From the NCBI GenBank assembly GCA_037190965.1, contig JBBCKI010000010.1, positions 62,229-126,228 of the forward strand: 64,000 bases of DNA, in the 5' to 3' direction. Both the position numbers and the translations under genes were made by a program. The notes beneath the pieces are model-generated. The model did no database searches and was not told where the DNA came from. It was given only the letters and a program-made list of their open reading frames with translations. This document shows, piece by piece, positions 9,563 to 20,096 of the stretch. The stretch comes from Chthoniobacteraceae bacterium. Its GTDB lineage: Bacteria; Verrucomicrobiota; Verrucomicrobiia; Chthoniobacterales; Chthoniobacteraceae. The stretch's first letter is position 1. Each line of letters starts with the position of its first letter.

Positions 9563-10275
9563 GCCCAACCCTTCGACCGACCGGCGCGGGGCTTCTCGCT
9601 CTGTTTTCCCTTTTCTCCTTGTCGGGATGCGAGCAGGTCTACCGCCAGCGCGCCGAACAGCAGCGAGCCGCCGCGGAATCCAAGATCGCCGCCGGGGAAT
9701 ACCAGGCGGGGATCTCTCTTTATGAAGCCTCCCTCGATGAATCCCCCGAGAGCGCTGTGATCCATTACAAGCTGGGGCTCCTCTATGACGAGAAGCTTAG
9801 CCAGCCGATGAGCGCAGTGCATCATTTCCAGCGTTATCTGGTGTTGGCTCCCGATGGGCCCCACGTCAAGGACGTGCAAAACATGATCAAGGAGGACCAG
9901 CTCAAACTCATCACCCGCTACGGCAACGGAGCCACCATTCCGCAGCAGGAAGCCGTTCGCCTCAAGAACGACAACCTTGCGCTTCGCAAGCAGATCCTTG
10001 ACCTGCGCGCCGAACTGGAAGCCTCTTCCAAGGCCCGCGCTCTTGCACTGAAAAATCTCGGGAAAGCAGGCACCGCCTTTCGGCAGGAGCAGGTCCAGAA
10101 GGAACTCGTGCCGGGCGTGCAGACTTATACCGTCATGAAGGGCGACACGCTGGCCTCCATCTCGCGGAAGTTTTACAAGACACCGGGACGCTGGAAACGG
10201 ATTCAGGATGCGAACTTCAATACCATGGAGGGAACCGCCAAGCTCAAGGTGGGCATGGTGCTCATGATTCCGTGA
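9559..10275 (+). CDS. TPR + coiled-coil + LysM lipoprotein
   Basis: Lipobox LSGC, TPR (HYKLGLLY), C-terminal LysM YTVMKGDTLASIS...AN...LKVGMVLMIP. Confidence 0.85.
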   Translation: MSPTLRPTGAGLLALFSLFSLSGCEQVYRQRAEQQRAAAESKIAAGEYQAGISLYEASLDESPESAVIHYKLGLLYDEKLSQPMSAVHHFQRYLVLAPDGPHVKDVQNMIKEDQLKLITRYGNGATIPQQEAVRLKNDNLALRKQILDLRAELEASSKARALALKNLGKAGTAFRQEQVQKELVPGVQTYTVMKGDTLASISRKFYKTPGRWKRIQDANFNTMEGTAKLKVGMVLMIP

Positions 10276-11132
10276 CCGGCCTGGAAAAAATCGCGTTGGG
10301 GACTTGCGCCTGGAGTTATGCCGACTGGCGAGGCGTCTTCTATCCCGAAAAGCTCTCCCAGGCGCGGCTGCTCGATTGGTACTCGCGCACTTTCAAGGCG
10401 GTCGAGGTCGATTCCACCTTTTATCACGCCCCTTCCGCCCGTTCGTCAGAGCATTGGCTGGAGACCACCCCGGAGGACTTCACGTTCACGGTGAAGCTGA
10501 CGCGCGCCATCACGCATGAACACCGGCTGCGCGATAGCGAAGGGCTGCTGGCCAATTTCCTCGAAGGGCTGGAGCCCCTGAGGCCCAAGGTCGGGTGCGT
10601 GCTTATCCAGTTACCCGCCTCGTTCAAACCCGCTCACGACGAAGACGCGCTGCGCCGTTTTGTCGCCGGGCTCCCGCGTGACTGGCGCTTTGCCATTGAA
10701 TTTCGCGACCACGGGTGGCGTCTCCCAAGGGTGGTTCACCGGCTTCAGGACTATGGGGTGGCCTGGGCCTGGACGGACACCGAGCCGTTTTCACACGAGG
10801 CAGAAGGAGCTTTTGAATGGCTGCCGTTGACCGCTGATTTTCTTTACATCCGGCTGTTGGGCGACTTGAAGACGAAGTTCCGATCTGACGGAACCCGGCA
10901 GATTGAGCGATACGATCATCTCCGCTGGCCGCGCGACCGCTCCATTGAAAACTGGAGCGTGAAGATCCGGCATCATCTTGAGGAGAGCCGCCGCGTGTTT
11001 CTCTTTGCGGCCAATCACTTCGAGGGATGTTCTCCGCTGACGGCAGAACGACTGGCGCGTTCGCTGGGGCTGCCTTTGGAACTTCCGTCTTTGGAGACAA
11101 AAGGGAGTGATCCTCAGCTTGATCTTTTTTAA
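10272..11132 (+). CDS. DUF72 (YecE-like) protein
   Basis: GTCAWSYADWRGVFYP, VEVDSTFY, LIQLPASF, AIEFR motifs. Confidence 0.9.
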   Translation: MTGLEKIALGTCAWSYADWRGVFYPEKLSQARLLDWYSRTFKAVEVDSTFYHAPSARSSEHWLETTPEDFTFTVKLTRAITHEHRLRDSEGLLANFLEGLEPLRPKVGCVLIQLPASFKPAHDEDALRRFVAGLPRDWRFAIEFRDHGWRLPRVVHRLQDYGVAWAWTDTEPFSHEAEGAFEWLPLTADFLYIRLLGDLKTKFRSDGTRQIERYDHLRWPRDRSIENWSVKIRHHLEESRRVFLFAANHFEGCSPLTAERLARSLGLPLELPSLETKGSDPQLDLF

Positions 11133-11283
11133 CCTGAATTCCGCAGTTCCTCGCGGCAATTCCGCTTCTCATTTTCCTGTTTCATGTGACGCGGTCGTCC
11201 AGGCGTCTGCCTGATTCGTGACAAAAATTGCCCGGTTTATAAAATTTTTATTTCAAACCCAAATTTGTGTTCCAAACAGGGGG

Positions 11284-12111
11284 ATGCTCAAACGCTTGTT
11301 TCCGAACCTTGTTGGTGCGCTTTGTTTTTGCGTCTCTGTATCCACGCTTTCCGCGGGAGAGATCTTTAGTGATGATTTTTCCGACAACAACCGCACTGGT
11401 TGGTGGAGTTCGTCAACATCGGGCGGAATTGATGCTTCGGGCGGCTTTCTGGCCGTGACCGCCGGTCGCAGTGTGCAGACGTCTTTCGCGCCGGTGGATT
11501 TGAGCCTGGGCCAATCCATTTCCTTGCAGTTCCAGGTTTCGTTTAGCGCGCCTGCCGGTTCAACCAGCGGCGGCTTCCGCTTCGGTCTGTTCGATTCCAA
11601 TGGGGCCACTGCGCCTTCGGAAGATGGCAACACATTTTACCTGGCTTATGACGGCATCATCGTGGCTACGAATCCGGGGGCCACTTCGGGGTCGCCGGCG
11701 TCGTTTCGGTACCGTACCCCGAACCTGGCGGTGAGCGGTTCCAGTGCCCTGATGACGACGACGACAGGCGTTTACACGACCATCGGTTCCAACGGGGCTA
11801 CGGCGGTCACGTTTCCCTCAAGCACTCTTTTGAACGTGGATTTTACGGCGTTGCGAACGGAGACGGGGTTGAACCTTTCCTTTACAATCAAGAATGGGCT
11901 CACGCTGTTGCAAAGTTACTCAATCGCTTACAACTCGCCGACGACTTTTCATTTCGACATGTTAGGGATCAGTGGATCCACTGACTTGGGGGCCTTTAAC
12001 ATCGATAACGTCAGCGTTCAGGCCGTGCCCGAGCCCTCGACGGTGACTTTGATTGCAGGCGGCCTCTGCCTCGCTGCCATCGGTGCACTGCGCCGGTATC
12101 GGCAAGGTTGA
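11284..12111 (+). CDS. PEP-CTERM sorting domain protein
   Basis: Signal peptide, Ser/Thr/Gly-rich beta region, C-terminal VPEPS + TM + RRYR. Confidence 0.9.
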   Translation: MLKRLFPNLVGALCFCVSVSTLSAGEIFSDDFSDNNRTGWWSSSTSGGIDASGGFLAVTAGRSVQTSFAPVDLSLGQSISLQFQVSFSAPAGSTSGGFRFGLFDSNGATAPSEDGNTFYLAYDGIIVATNPGATSGSPASFRYRTPNLAVSGSSALMTTTTGVYTTIGSNGATAVTFPSSTLLNVDFTALRTETGLNLSFTIKNGLTLLQSYSIAYNSPTTFHFDMLGISGSTDLGAFNIDNVSVQAVPEPSTVTLIAGGLCLAAIGALRRYRQG

Positions 12112-12150
12112 CCCGGGTGCCGTGAAGACGCTCCGGCGCGCTGTTCCGTC

Positions 12151-12561
12151 TTATTCCCAGGTCTTCCCCCGGGGGATGAAATCCAGCGACACCGAGTTGA
12201 TGCAATACCGGAGACGCGTCGGCGGAGGGCCGTCCTCGAAGACATGCCCGAGGTGACCGCCGCACCGGGCGCAATGGACTTCCACACGGCGCATCCCGTG
12301 GCTGGTGTCGACTTTTGTGCCGACCTTCGTTTTGTCGATGGCGTCGTAGAAGCTTGGCCAGCCGGTGCCGGAATTGAACTTCGTGTCCGAATCGAACAAA
12401 GGATTTCCACATCCCGAGCAGTGGAAAACGCCTTCGCCGTGGACATCCCAGTATTCCCCCGTAAAGGCGCACTCGGTCGCGCTCTCGCGCAGGACCTTGT
12501 ATTGGTCGGGCGTCAGGATTCTGCGCCACTCTTCCTCGGATTTGACGATTTTTTCGCTCAT
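12151..12561 (-). CDS. msrB: Peptide-methionine (R)-S-oxide reductase
   Basis: SGTGWPSF, two CxxC, HLGHVFEDGP, RYCINS. Confidence 0.97.
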   Translation of the reverse strand: MSEKIVKSEEEWRRILTPDQYKVLRESATECAFTGEYWDVHGEGVFHCSGCGNPLFDSDTKFNSGTGWPSFYDAIDKTKVGTKVDTSHGMRRVEVHCARCGGHLGHVFEDGPPPTRLRYCINSVSLDFIPRGKTWE

Positions 12562-12573
12562 GGCATGAATCGT

Positions 12574-13689
12574 TCAGCGTTTCCCAAGAGCATCCACCGC
12601 ATCGCGGATCTCTTCAAGCGTGATCTCCCGGGAGACAAACGCTTCTCCCAGCCGGGGGCAGAGCACGAAGCGGACTTCGCCCGCCGCGAATTTTTTGTCG
12701 GTTTGCAGGGCTGCCATCACCCGGTCGGTCGGAATCTCCCCATCAAGGGTTAACGGAAGGCCAAAATGTGTCAGGCGGTCGAGAATGAGCTGGTTGTCTT
12801 CGGGCGATAAGCCCGCCTTTGCCATGGAGAGACGGCATGCGGCCACGAGCCCGAGGCTGATGGCTTCCCCATGCAGAAAACGTCCATACCCGGCGGCATT
12901 TTCGATCCCGTGGCCCACCGTGTGGCCGAAGTTGAGCAAGGCCCGTTCTCCAGTCGTCTCGTGTTCGTCAGCCGCCACGATGGCCGCCTTGATCGCGACA
13001 TTGCGCCGGACGATCTCCGCCAGCGGCCCCGGTTGGAATTGCAGGTTTGGCGTCACGATGGCGTCGAGGAGCGAACGGTCGCGGATCGCTCCGTGTTTGA
13101 TGATCTCCGCAAAGCCTTCGTTGAACTCGCGGGGAGGCAGGGAACGGAGCGTCGCCACGTCGGCGAGCACAAGGCGGGGTTGATGGAAGGCCCCGATCAA
13201 GTTTTTTCCATGCGCCGCGTTGACCCCTGTCTTTCCGCCCACGGCGCTGTCCACTTGGGCGATCACCGTGGTCGGGATCTGAACGAAGGGGAGGCCGCGG
13301 TAGTAAATCGCGGCCACAAACCCGGCCAGATCGCCCACGACGCCGCCGCCCAGCGCGACGACCCACGATTTCCGGTCCAACCCGGCGGCGATCATTTCGT
13401 CGCAAACTTTCTCTGCCGTCGCCATGCTCTTGGAACTTTCTCCCGCAGGCACGGTGATCAGGGTGGGGGAGAACCCCGCCCCGCGAAGGGCGGCCAGGAC
13501 CGTCTCGCCATAGAGCGGGCCCACATTGCTGTCGGTCACCACCGCGCAACGCGCTCCGAAGCCAAATCCGGAAACCTGCTCGCCAAGGCTCCCTAGAAGG
13601 CCCTCCCCGACAAGCACCCGGTAGGAACGGTTGCCAAGGGAGACTTCGACGGATTGGGAGACGGGTGCGGAGGGTGCTTGCGAACTCAT
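12574..13689 (-). CDS. aroB: 3-dehydroquinate synthase
   Basis: GGGVVGDLAGF, PTT..AQVDSAVGGKTGVN, KNLIGAFHQP, LNFGHT, HGEA. Confidence 0.96.
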   Translation of the reverse strand: MSSQAPSAPVSQSVEVSLGNRSYRVLVGEGLLGSLGEQVSGFGFGARCAVVTDSNVGPLYGETVLAALRGAGFSPTLITVPAGESSKSMATAEKVCDEMIAAGLDRKSWVVALGGGVVGDLAGFVAAIYYRGLPFVQIPTTVIAQVDSAVGGKTGVNAAHGKNLIGAFHQPRLVLADVATLRSLPPREFNEGFAEIIKHGAIRDRSLLDAIVTPNLQFQPGPLAEIVRRNVAIKAAIVAADEHETTGERALLNFGHTVGHGIENAAGYGRFLHGEAISLGLVAACRLSMAKAGLSPEDNQLILDRLTHFGLPLTLDGEIPTDRVMAALQTDKKFAAGEVRFVLCPRLGEAFVSREITLEEIRDAVDALGKR

Positions 13690-13787
13690 GGGAACGCTCA
13701 GGTATAGAGAACGGTCCGGCGAGGATCGAACCTTTTTTGGACCCCGGAATACTGGACGCCGGGTCCGTAATGCCGTAGTATAACGGC

Positions 13788-14240
13788 ATGCCGGAGACGC
13801 CTGAAAGACCTGGTGATCTGGAAACCCCGGATCCTGCTTCCGGAAAAGCAACCTCCGCTTTCCCGTCTGAGATCGCCGCAGGGATCGCCTGCGTTTTCCC
13901 GCTCGTGGGTGGCGTCGTTATGCTGCTTCTGGAGCGTCGGAACCGGTTCGTCCGTTTTTACTCCATTCAATCCATCCTGCTTGCCACGATATGGATCGTC
14001 AGTTGGGTTGCCGCCGTCATCGCGATGTGGATCTTCCGGACGATTCCTTTTATTGGATCGCCGTTAGCCGGCCTTCTCTGGTTCTTTTGGGGCCTCGTCG
14101 GCCTTGTGTTTTTCGTGGTATGGCTGGTGCAACTCATCAAAGCCTTTACCGGGACGAAATGGGAGATCCCGTACCTCGGCGATATGGCCAATGACTTTTT
14201 GGAGAGCGACGGCCAATCTCATCCGACTGCGGAGCAGTAA
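13788..14240 (+). CDS. DUF4870-like small membrane protein
   Basis: Three TM segments, E...FVRFY..QS and KAF.G..WEIPYLG motifs. Confidence 0.75.
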   Translation: MPETPERPGDLETPDPASGKATSAFPSEIAAGIACVFPLVGGVVMLLLERRNRFVRFYSIQSILLATIWIVSWVAAVIAMWIFRTIPFIGSPLAGLLWFFWGLVGLVFFVVWLVQLIKAFTGTKWEIPYLGDMANDFLESDGQSHPTAEQ

Positions 14241-14241
14241 G

Positions 14242-14383
14242 GTAGTCCGCTCGCGCCGCCGAGCGCGGAGCACGACTCCTGTTGCTTGATAAGGTTACAT
14301 CCCCATACCAGCAGTCTTTCCTGGGGATGAATGTCAACCTCGCCTCGGAATCCTATCCCGCGCTCTCGGCGAGAGCGGGCTAC
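14242..14383. repeat. REPIN-like element copy 2
   Basis: GTAGTCCGCTCGCGCCGCCGAGCGCGG ... CCCGCGCTCTCGGCGAGAGCGGGCTAC. Confidence 0.85.
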
Positions 14384-14471
14384 CGGTGCTGGCGCACCAA
14401 TTTCGTACCCTGTTGGATCGATGTTTCACTGAAGGGTTGAGCCATCGCGCTCTTTTGCCGATGATCTTGGG

Positions 14472-17006
14472 ATGAATCGTCGCGACCTGCCTATTTTTGA
14501 ACTCGAGCCCGCCCTTGTCGACGCCCTGCGGCGCGATTCGGGGGCGCGGGTCGTGCTTCAGGCTCCGACCGGCTCGGGGAAATCGACGCAGACGCCGCAG
14601 ATGCTGCTCGATCACGGTCTGCTCGGCGCGGGCGAGGTGGTGGTGCTTCAGCCCCGGCGGCTTGCGACGCGGATGCTTGCCGCGCGCGTGGCTCAGGAAC
14701 GCGGGTGCCGGTTGGGCGATGAGGTCGGCTTCCAGATCCGCTTTGACAAGGTGACTTCCGCCAAAACGCGCATTCGTTTTGTGACCGAAGGGGTGCTGCT
14801 GCGGCAAATGCTTTCCGACCCCGGCCTGCGCGGTGTTTCCGCCATTCTTTTTGACGAGTTCCACGAACGCCATCTCTACGGCGACATCACGCTGGCGCGC
14901 GCTTTGGACCTTCAGGCCGCGCGGCGGCCCGATCTCAAGCTCGTCGTGATGTCGGCGACCCTTGATACGGCGGCTCTGGAGCGTTATCTCGCGCCGTGCG
15001 AAGTGTTGCAATCCCAGGGGCGCACCTATCCGGTGGAAACCCGCTATCTCGCGCGTCCGGCAAAGCCGGATCAAACCGCCGTCTGGGATCTTGCCGCCGA
15101 GGAGTTGGAGAAACTCGCCCGGGAGACAGAAGGCGACGTGCTCATTTTCATGCCGGGCGCTTATGAAATCTCGCGCACCATCGGGGCAATCCGGCACTCC
15201 CGCGTCGGGAGCGATTTTGTGGTGCTTTCGCTTCATGGCGAGCTTTCCGTGGCGGATCAGGATGCCGCCGTAGCGCGTTATCCAAAGCGGAAAGTCATCG
15301 TCTCGACCAACGTTGCGGAAACATCGCTCACCATCGAGGGCGTCCGCGTGGTGATCGACGCGGGGCTTGCAAAAATCGCCCGGTTCGATCCGTACCGTGG
15401 GATCAACACGCTGCTCGTGGAGAAGATCTCGCGAGCCTCCGCGGATCAGCGAGCCGGTCGCGCGGGCCGCACCGCCTCCGGGGTTGCCCTTCGGCTTTGG
15501 AGCGAACGCGAGCAACTCGACCGATCCGCGCAGGAATTGCCCGAGGTCAAACGCCTCGATCTTGCGGAAGTCGTGTTGACGCTCAAGGCCAGTGGCGTCG
15601 ATGACGTCGCCGCTTTCCGATGGCTTGAGCCGCCTGACACCCGTTCGTTGGAGCGCGCGGAGACGGTTCTGCGGGACCTGGGTGCTTTGGACGTCACCAC
15701 CGGGGAGATCTCCGGGATCGGGCGGCAGATGCTGGCTTTTCCGCTGCACCCGCGCTATGCCCGGATGCTTCTTGCCGCGAAAGACTATGGATGCGTGCGC
15801 GAGGCGGCGCTGGTGGCCGCGTTGACGCAGGGGCGCAATCTTCTGAGGCGCGGCGGCGACAAGGCGACCGACGAAGCGCGGGAGCGGGCGCTGGGCGAGG
15901 AGCATACCTCCGATCTTTTCCTGCTCATGCGCGCGTGGCGTCTGGCGGCGGATAATGGTGAAATTGCCCGCTCCATCGGCGTCAATTCCCTTGCCGCGCG
16001 CGAGGCGGGACAACTGGCCGATCAGTTTCTGCGCATTGCCCGCGCAGAGGGGTTGCCGATCTCGGATCTTCCCGCCGAGCCCGAAGCGGTTGCGAAATGC
16101 GTTCTGGCGGGGTTTCCTGACCAGGTCGCCGTGCGGCTGGATGGCGGGACGCTTCGTTGCGCGCTCGTGCATGGCAGGAAGGGTGTCCTCGCGCGGGAAA
16201 GCGTCGCGCATAAAGCGCCCCTCCTTGTCGTAGGCGAGGTGCGCGAGATCAGCGGCAAGGACGGTGTGCAGACGCTTCTCACTCTTGCCACCGCTATTCA
16301 CGAAGAGTGGTTGCGCGAGTTGTTCCCAGAGGCGTTCTCGCAGCATTTCGAGGTTTTCTACGACAAGACGCTACGACGCGTCATGGCGCGGCGGGAGACG
16401 CGGTTTCACGATCTCGTTCTTAAATCCGAGCTGACCGACAAAACCCCGCCCGGCGAAGCCGCCGCGTATCTTGCCCGCGAAGTGCTGGCGGGAAACTGTC
16501 CGCTCACCCACTGGGATCATGCCGTCGATCAATGGATCGTCCGCCTCAACCGGCTTCGCGAATGGATGCCGGAGTTGGAACTCCCCGCGCTCGGCGACGA
16601 AGATCGCGCCGCTCTCGTCGAACAGATTTGTTACGGGGCCTCGACTTACAAGGAAATCAAGGAGCGGGCCGTCTGGCCGGTGGTCAAATCATGGCTCAGT
16701 CCGCAGCAGGAGGCGATGCTGGAGAAGTACGCCCCTGAGCGGCTTGAGATGCCCAACGGACGGAAGTTCAAGATCGGCTACGAAGAAAAGGGGCAACCTA
16801 CTATCGCCGTGCGTATTCAGGACCTTTACGGCGTCGAGCAGAGCCTCCCCATTGCCGCCGGGCGTGTTCCCGTCACCATTCAGGTGCTCGCGCCCAATCA
16901 TCGACCCATTCAGGTGACCCAGAATCTGGCGACTTTCTGGCGGGAATCCTACCCGGGCATCAAACAGGAATTGCAGCGCAAATACCCGAAGCACCTGTGG
17001 AAATAA
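14472..17006 (+). CDS. hrpB: ATP-dependent RNA helicase HrpB
   Basis: APTGSGKST, DEFHER, MSAT, TNVAETSLTI, QRAGRAGR; HrpB C-terminus LAPNHRPIQVT..L..FW...Y...YPKH.W. Confidence 0.95.
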   Translation: MNRRDLPIFELEPALVDALRRDSGARVVLQAPTGSGKSTQTPQMLLDHGLLGAGEVVVLQPRRLATRMLAARVAQERGCRLGDEVGFQIRFDKVTSAKTRIRFVTEGVLLRQMLSDPGLRGVSAILFDEFHERHLYGDITLARALDLQAARRPDLKLVVMSATLDTAALERYLAPCEVLQSQGRTYPVETRYLARPAKPDQTAVWDLAAEELEKLARETEGDVLIFMPGAYEISRTIGAIRHSRVGSDFVVLSLHGELSVADQDAAVARYPKRKVIVSTNVAETSLTIEGVRVVIDAGLAKIARFDPYRGINTLLVEKISRASADQRAGRAGRTASGVALRLWSEREQLDRSAQELPEVKRLDLAEVVLTLKASGVDDVAAFRWLEPPDTRSLERAETVLRDLGALDVTTGEISGIGRQMLAFPLHPRYARMLLAAKDYGCVREAALVAALTQGRNLLRRGGDKATDEARERALGEEHTSDLFLLMRAWRLAADNGEIARSIGVNSLAAREAGQLADQFLRIARAEGLPISDLPAEPEAVAKCVLAGFPDQVAVRLDGGTLRCALVHGRKGVLARESVAHKAPLLVVGEVREISGKDGVQTLLTLATAIHEEWLRELFPEAFSQHFEVFYDKTLRRVMARRETRFHDLVLKSELTDKTPPGEAAAYLAREVLAGNCPLTHWDHAVDQWIVRLNRLREWMPELELPALGDEDRAALVEQICYGASTYKEIKERAVWPVVKSWLSPQQEAMLEKYAPERLEMPNGRKFKIGYEEKGQPTIAVRIQDLYGVEQSLPIAAGRVPVTIQVLAPNHRPIQVTQNLATFWRESYPGIKQELQRKYPKHLWK

Positions 17007-17021
17007 ACAGGGGCGAAGGGC

Positions 17022-18095
17022 TCACCGCAGGACGCGCGTGCGCACTGCTTGGACCGGTGCTGCGATAGGCACTTCGCGCCATCCCGTGGCATCGAGGAAA
17101 ATAGTCCGTTCGTGCAGCTTCACGAAAACGCGGGAACAGGCCAGCGATGAGGGCATTGGAATCTTGATCGCGACGCAGCGTCCCTGAATCCGGATGGTTG
17201 CGTGACGCAACCTTTTGTCCGTTCCTGTATCGCGCAGCCGAATTTTTGCGGAGAGCGGCGGAATGGGGAGTTGCCAGCGCAGGCTTCCCGATGGGGATTC
17301 CGCCGCCACGAAAATGGAGGAGCCCTTCCAGCGTCCGGGAGGGACAGGGATGGAGAGATGGAGCACGCCCCGTTCAATAAATGCTTCCCGGATCCGGTGG
17401 CCATCCAGCAATTCCAGGGCGGGCGAGGGGGCGTGGTAAAGCTCCACCGCTTTCGCATAGGCCACAAAACGTTTGCGGCTCAGGACCATCTGGGTCTTAT
17501 GGCAAAGAATCGCGTGGCGTTTTGTGAGTCGCTCTTGCTCGGAGAGCGATAATTTCAGCCGCAGTGGAACGAGGTCAGGGCGCCGGCAATGAACCAGGTA
17601 GTGAAGCTGGCGGGGGCGCGGCGACTCCGCGCGGTCCATGGCAATTGAGAAAAGCACATGCAGCGCGTTATGGTCGGGATGTAGATCGTGCGGAGAGGGG
17701 AACACCAGCAGCGTCGGCTTCCAGTCTTCCAGTTCATGGCAGAGCCGCGTAATGACTTCCGGCTCGGCGTTAAGGAGTTTGTCGGTCATCCCCTGGTCGG
17801 GAAAATTCAGGAAACGGGCGGACCCCGGGGGAAGACCGAGACACTTTATCGCCGCGCGCGCCTCCCGCCGGCGCATCGCTCCCCATCGCTTGCGTTCGTT
17901 CACCCCGACACGCCAGCGGCGTTCCACCCAGCGCTGGGGCCACGGGTTATTATCTCCGTTGGTGGCAAAGATGATGCGCACGGCGGCCCCGACCTTGATG
18001 GCGTGAAGAATCAACCCGCCCGTGGCCAGCGCCTCGTCGTCGGGATGCGGCGCGATCACCAGAATACGGTCTTGGCCAGTCAGTTCAACGCTCAT
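17022..18095 (-). CDS. PIG-L/LmbE family deacetylase
   Basis: IAPHPDDE and HPDH zinc motifs, RRREA. Confidence 0.88.
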   Translation of the reverse strand: MSVELTGQDRILVIAPHPDDEALATGGLILHAIKVGAAVRIIFATNGDNNPWPQRWVERRWRVGVNERKRWGAMRRREARAAIKCLGLPPGSARFLNFPDQGMTDKLLNAEPEVITRLCHELEDWKPTLLVFPSPHDLHPDHNALHVLFSIAMDRAESPRPRQLHYLVHCRRPDLVPLRLKLSLSEQERLTKRHAILCHKTQMVLSRKRFVAYAKAVELYHAPSPALELLDGHRIREAFIERGVLHLSIPVPPGRWKGSSIFVAAESPSGSLRWQLPIPPLSAKIRLRDTGTDKRLRHATIRIQGRCVAIKIPMPSSLACSRVFVKLHERTIFLDATGWREVPIAAPVQAVRTRVLR

Positions 18096-18126
18096 CGGGT
18101 ATCGTCGTTCGTAGGATCCCCCGGGG

Positions 18127-19938
18127 TTACTCTTTCGAAGACGGAACCATTTTGTTCCGTCTTTTTGAAGAGTTGAAAGGGTTCGTTGAAATTCTTTTCC
18201 CGCGGATTTTTTGCTTCGGGATATAATTGAAAGGGGAGAAACCGGCTTCCCGGGCTTTCACCCATACCACGGCGACAGGCCCTTGCCCTTCCTCTTCGGG
18301 GATGAATTGATAAGTCCCGGGCTTGAGATAGATAGTCCCTTCGATGGATTTGCCGTCAAGAACGCCTTTCATCGGTCCTTGAGGTGAGACAAACTCATAC
18401 TCGGCGGCAAGTTCCAGGGTAAAGGGACGCGATTGGGAGTCGGTTTTCTCCGGCAGCATCCGGCCCGCTACGAGGATATCTGTGTGGACCCGGATGTAGG
18501 AGGAGTCTTTCAGCCATTTGAGATGCTCTTGGGGGATGCGATTGTCGGAGATCATCAAAGTATTCGTCCTGAGACAATCCTCCTCGATGGTGTTCGCAAT
18601 AAGTCCGCGTTTGAGCCGAATAAGCGTGACGCGCTCCAGTACATGATAAAATGGCCGCCGACGGAAGATCGTTTCTCCTTTGGCGTCCATCACGTAATCG
18701 GAGGGACCTGTCAGCTTGAGCTTTGGGGTCAGATTTTCGGCAAAAGCTTTCAGGGAATTACCCTCAAGCCCCCAGATATCGAGCGAACGGTCTATCTCGT
18801 ATCCGCAAACGGCTAAGGGGATCACCAGGGCCGCGCCGACCAGGCTCGCGCCTGCAAAGCGGGGGCCATTCCGGAGCCGGGCGGTTCCCGCTTTCCTCAG
18901 ACGTCCGGCAATCCCCATTACCAACGGAGCGAGCGAGATGAACAGCGGCGGGGCGATTGAAGCGAAATCCTGGCGTGTCACCAGGGGCCAGTAGGCCATC
19001 AATAAAGCCAGGCTGAAAAATGCCCCCATCAGCGCGATGGCCCGCCTCGTCCCTGTTTCGACGGTGGGGGCCGAGTGATAGAATGCCCAGCCGCAGGCAA
19101 CGACGATGGGAAAAAGCAGCGGAAAGTTCCAGCGGGTGAAGTGCCCCTTGCTTTTGAGGGGAATCATATTGTGCTCGAAGATCCCGTAGCGGAATTCATC
19201 CAACGCGTCATTGAGCGCCAGGTAGCCCGTTAAGATTAACGGGATAACCAGCGCTCCGCCAAGGCCTGCGAGGAGATTCCACCCACTTTCGCGCAGGAGA
19301 GCCCGGTCTCCCGTCAGGATCCGGGCTCCGAGCACCAGCGCCGCCGCCAGTATCAACGAGAGCAGGAGGAGCGAGGTCTTCAGCGAGACGCAAAAGGAAG
19401 CCCCAAGCATCAACCCCGCGACAAACGAGCGGCTGGGAGTGAGTCTCCCGGTCAGCAGCAGCGCCAGGGTGCCGAACCAGCAGAGCGCCCATAAATTATC
19501 GGTGCGAAACTCCGTCGAGATCAGCAGATAGAAAGGGCATAGCCCCGCGAATAGAGCCGCCCAGACGCCCGCGCGATGGGTATAGAGGCGAGCCGTGATC
19601 CAGTAGATGCAACCTAGGCTGGCGGCGGAGATCGGCACCATTGCCAGGCGCATCGGGTATAGAATATCGGCTCGCTCCCCCAGCCATCCCACCAGTGGGG
19701 AAATGAGCATATGGAAAAGCGGCGTGTGATTATCGAAAACGTCCCGGTAATGCACCAGCCCCTGCGTCCAGGCCCACGCCAGATGCAGGTGTTGCGGCTC
19801 ATCCGGGTTGACCGGTAGCGAGGTGAGGTAGCGTGCCTTGAGAAAGATCAGCAATAAAAAGCCAAGCGCCGCCAGGCTCCATTCGGCAATTCTGGCGAAA
19901 TGGGTTCGCTCAACTCGAAGCAAAGGTGCGTGAGGCAT
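18127..19938 (-). CDS. GT-C fold (ArnT/PMT-like) membrane glycosyltransferase
   Basis: DE motif after first TM (NPDEPQH), YRDVFDNHTPL, many TM helices. Confidence 0.7.
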   Translation of the reverse strand: MPHAPLLRVERTHFARIAEWSLAALGFLLLIFLKARYLTSLPVNPDEPQHLHLAWAWTQGLVHYRDVFDNHTPLFHMLISPLVGWLGERADILYPMRLAMVPISAASLGCIYWITARLYTHRAGVWAALFAGLCPFYLLISTEFRTDNLWALCWFGTLALLLTGRLTPSRSFVAGLMLGASFCVSLKTSLLLLSLILAAALVLGARILTGDRALLRESGWNLLAGLGGALVIPLILTGYLALNDALDEFRYGIFEHNMIPLKSKGHFTRWNFPLLFPIVVACGWAFYHSAPTVETGTRRAIALMGAFFSLALLMAYWPLVTRQDFASIAPPLFISLAPLVMGIAGRLRKAGTARLRNGPRFAGASLVGAALVIPLAVCGYEIDRSLDIWGLEGNSLKAFAENLTPKLKLTGPSDYVMDAKGETIFRRRPFYHVLERVTLIRLKRGLIANTIEEDCLRTNTLMISDNRIPQEHLKWLKDSSYIRVHTDILVAGRMLPEKTDSQSRPFTLELAAEYEFVSPQGPMKGVLDGKSIEGTIYLKPGTYQFIPEEEGQGPVAVVWVKAREAGFSPFNYIPKQKIRGKRISTNPFNSSKRRNKMVPSSKE

Positions 19939-20096
19939 CGAAAATCAGAGGGCGTCGTGCCTCGACCATAAGTATAGATAACACCGTGTAATGGGCGCAA
20001 GTGATAAACAGCCTGGGTTTTGTTGCCTGTTTTATGGTTGTAAGCGTATGCGGTGTAGGTGCTTATAACGTATTGAGGGGCCCACGCCATTTTTCT

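Noticed and set aside
14334..16346. 670-aa minus-strand ORF
   Set aside because: Antisense shadow of hrpB in GC-rich DNA, with no recognizable motifs.
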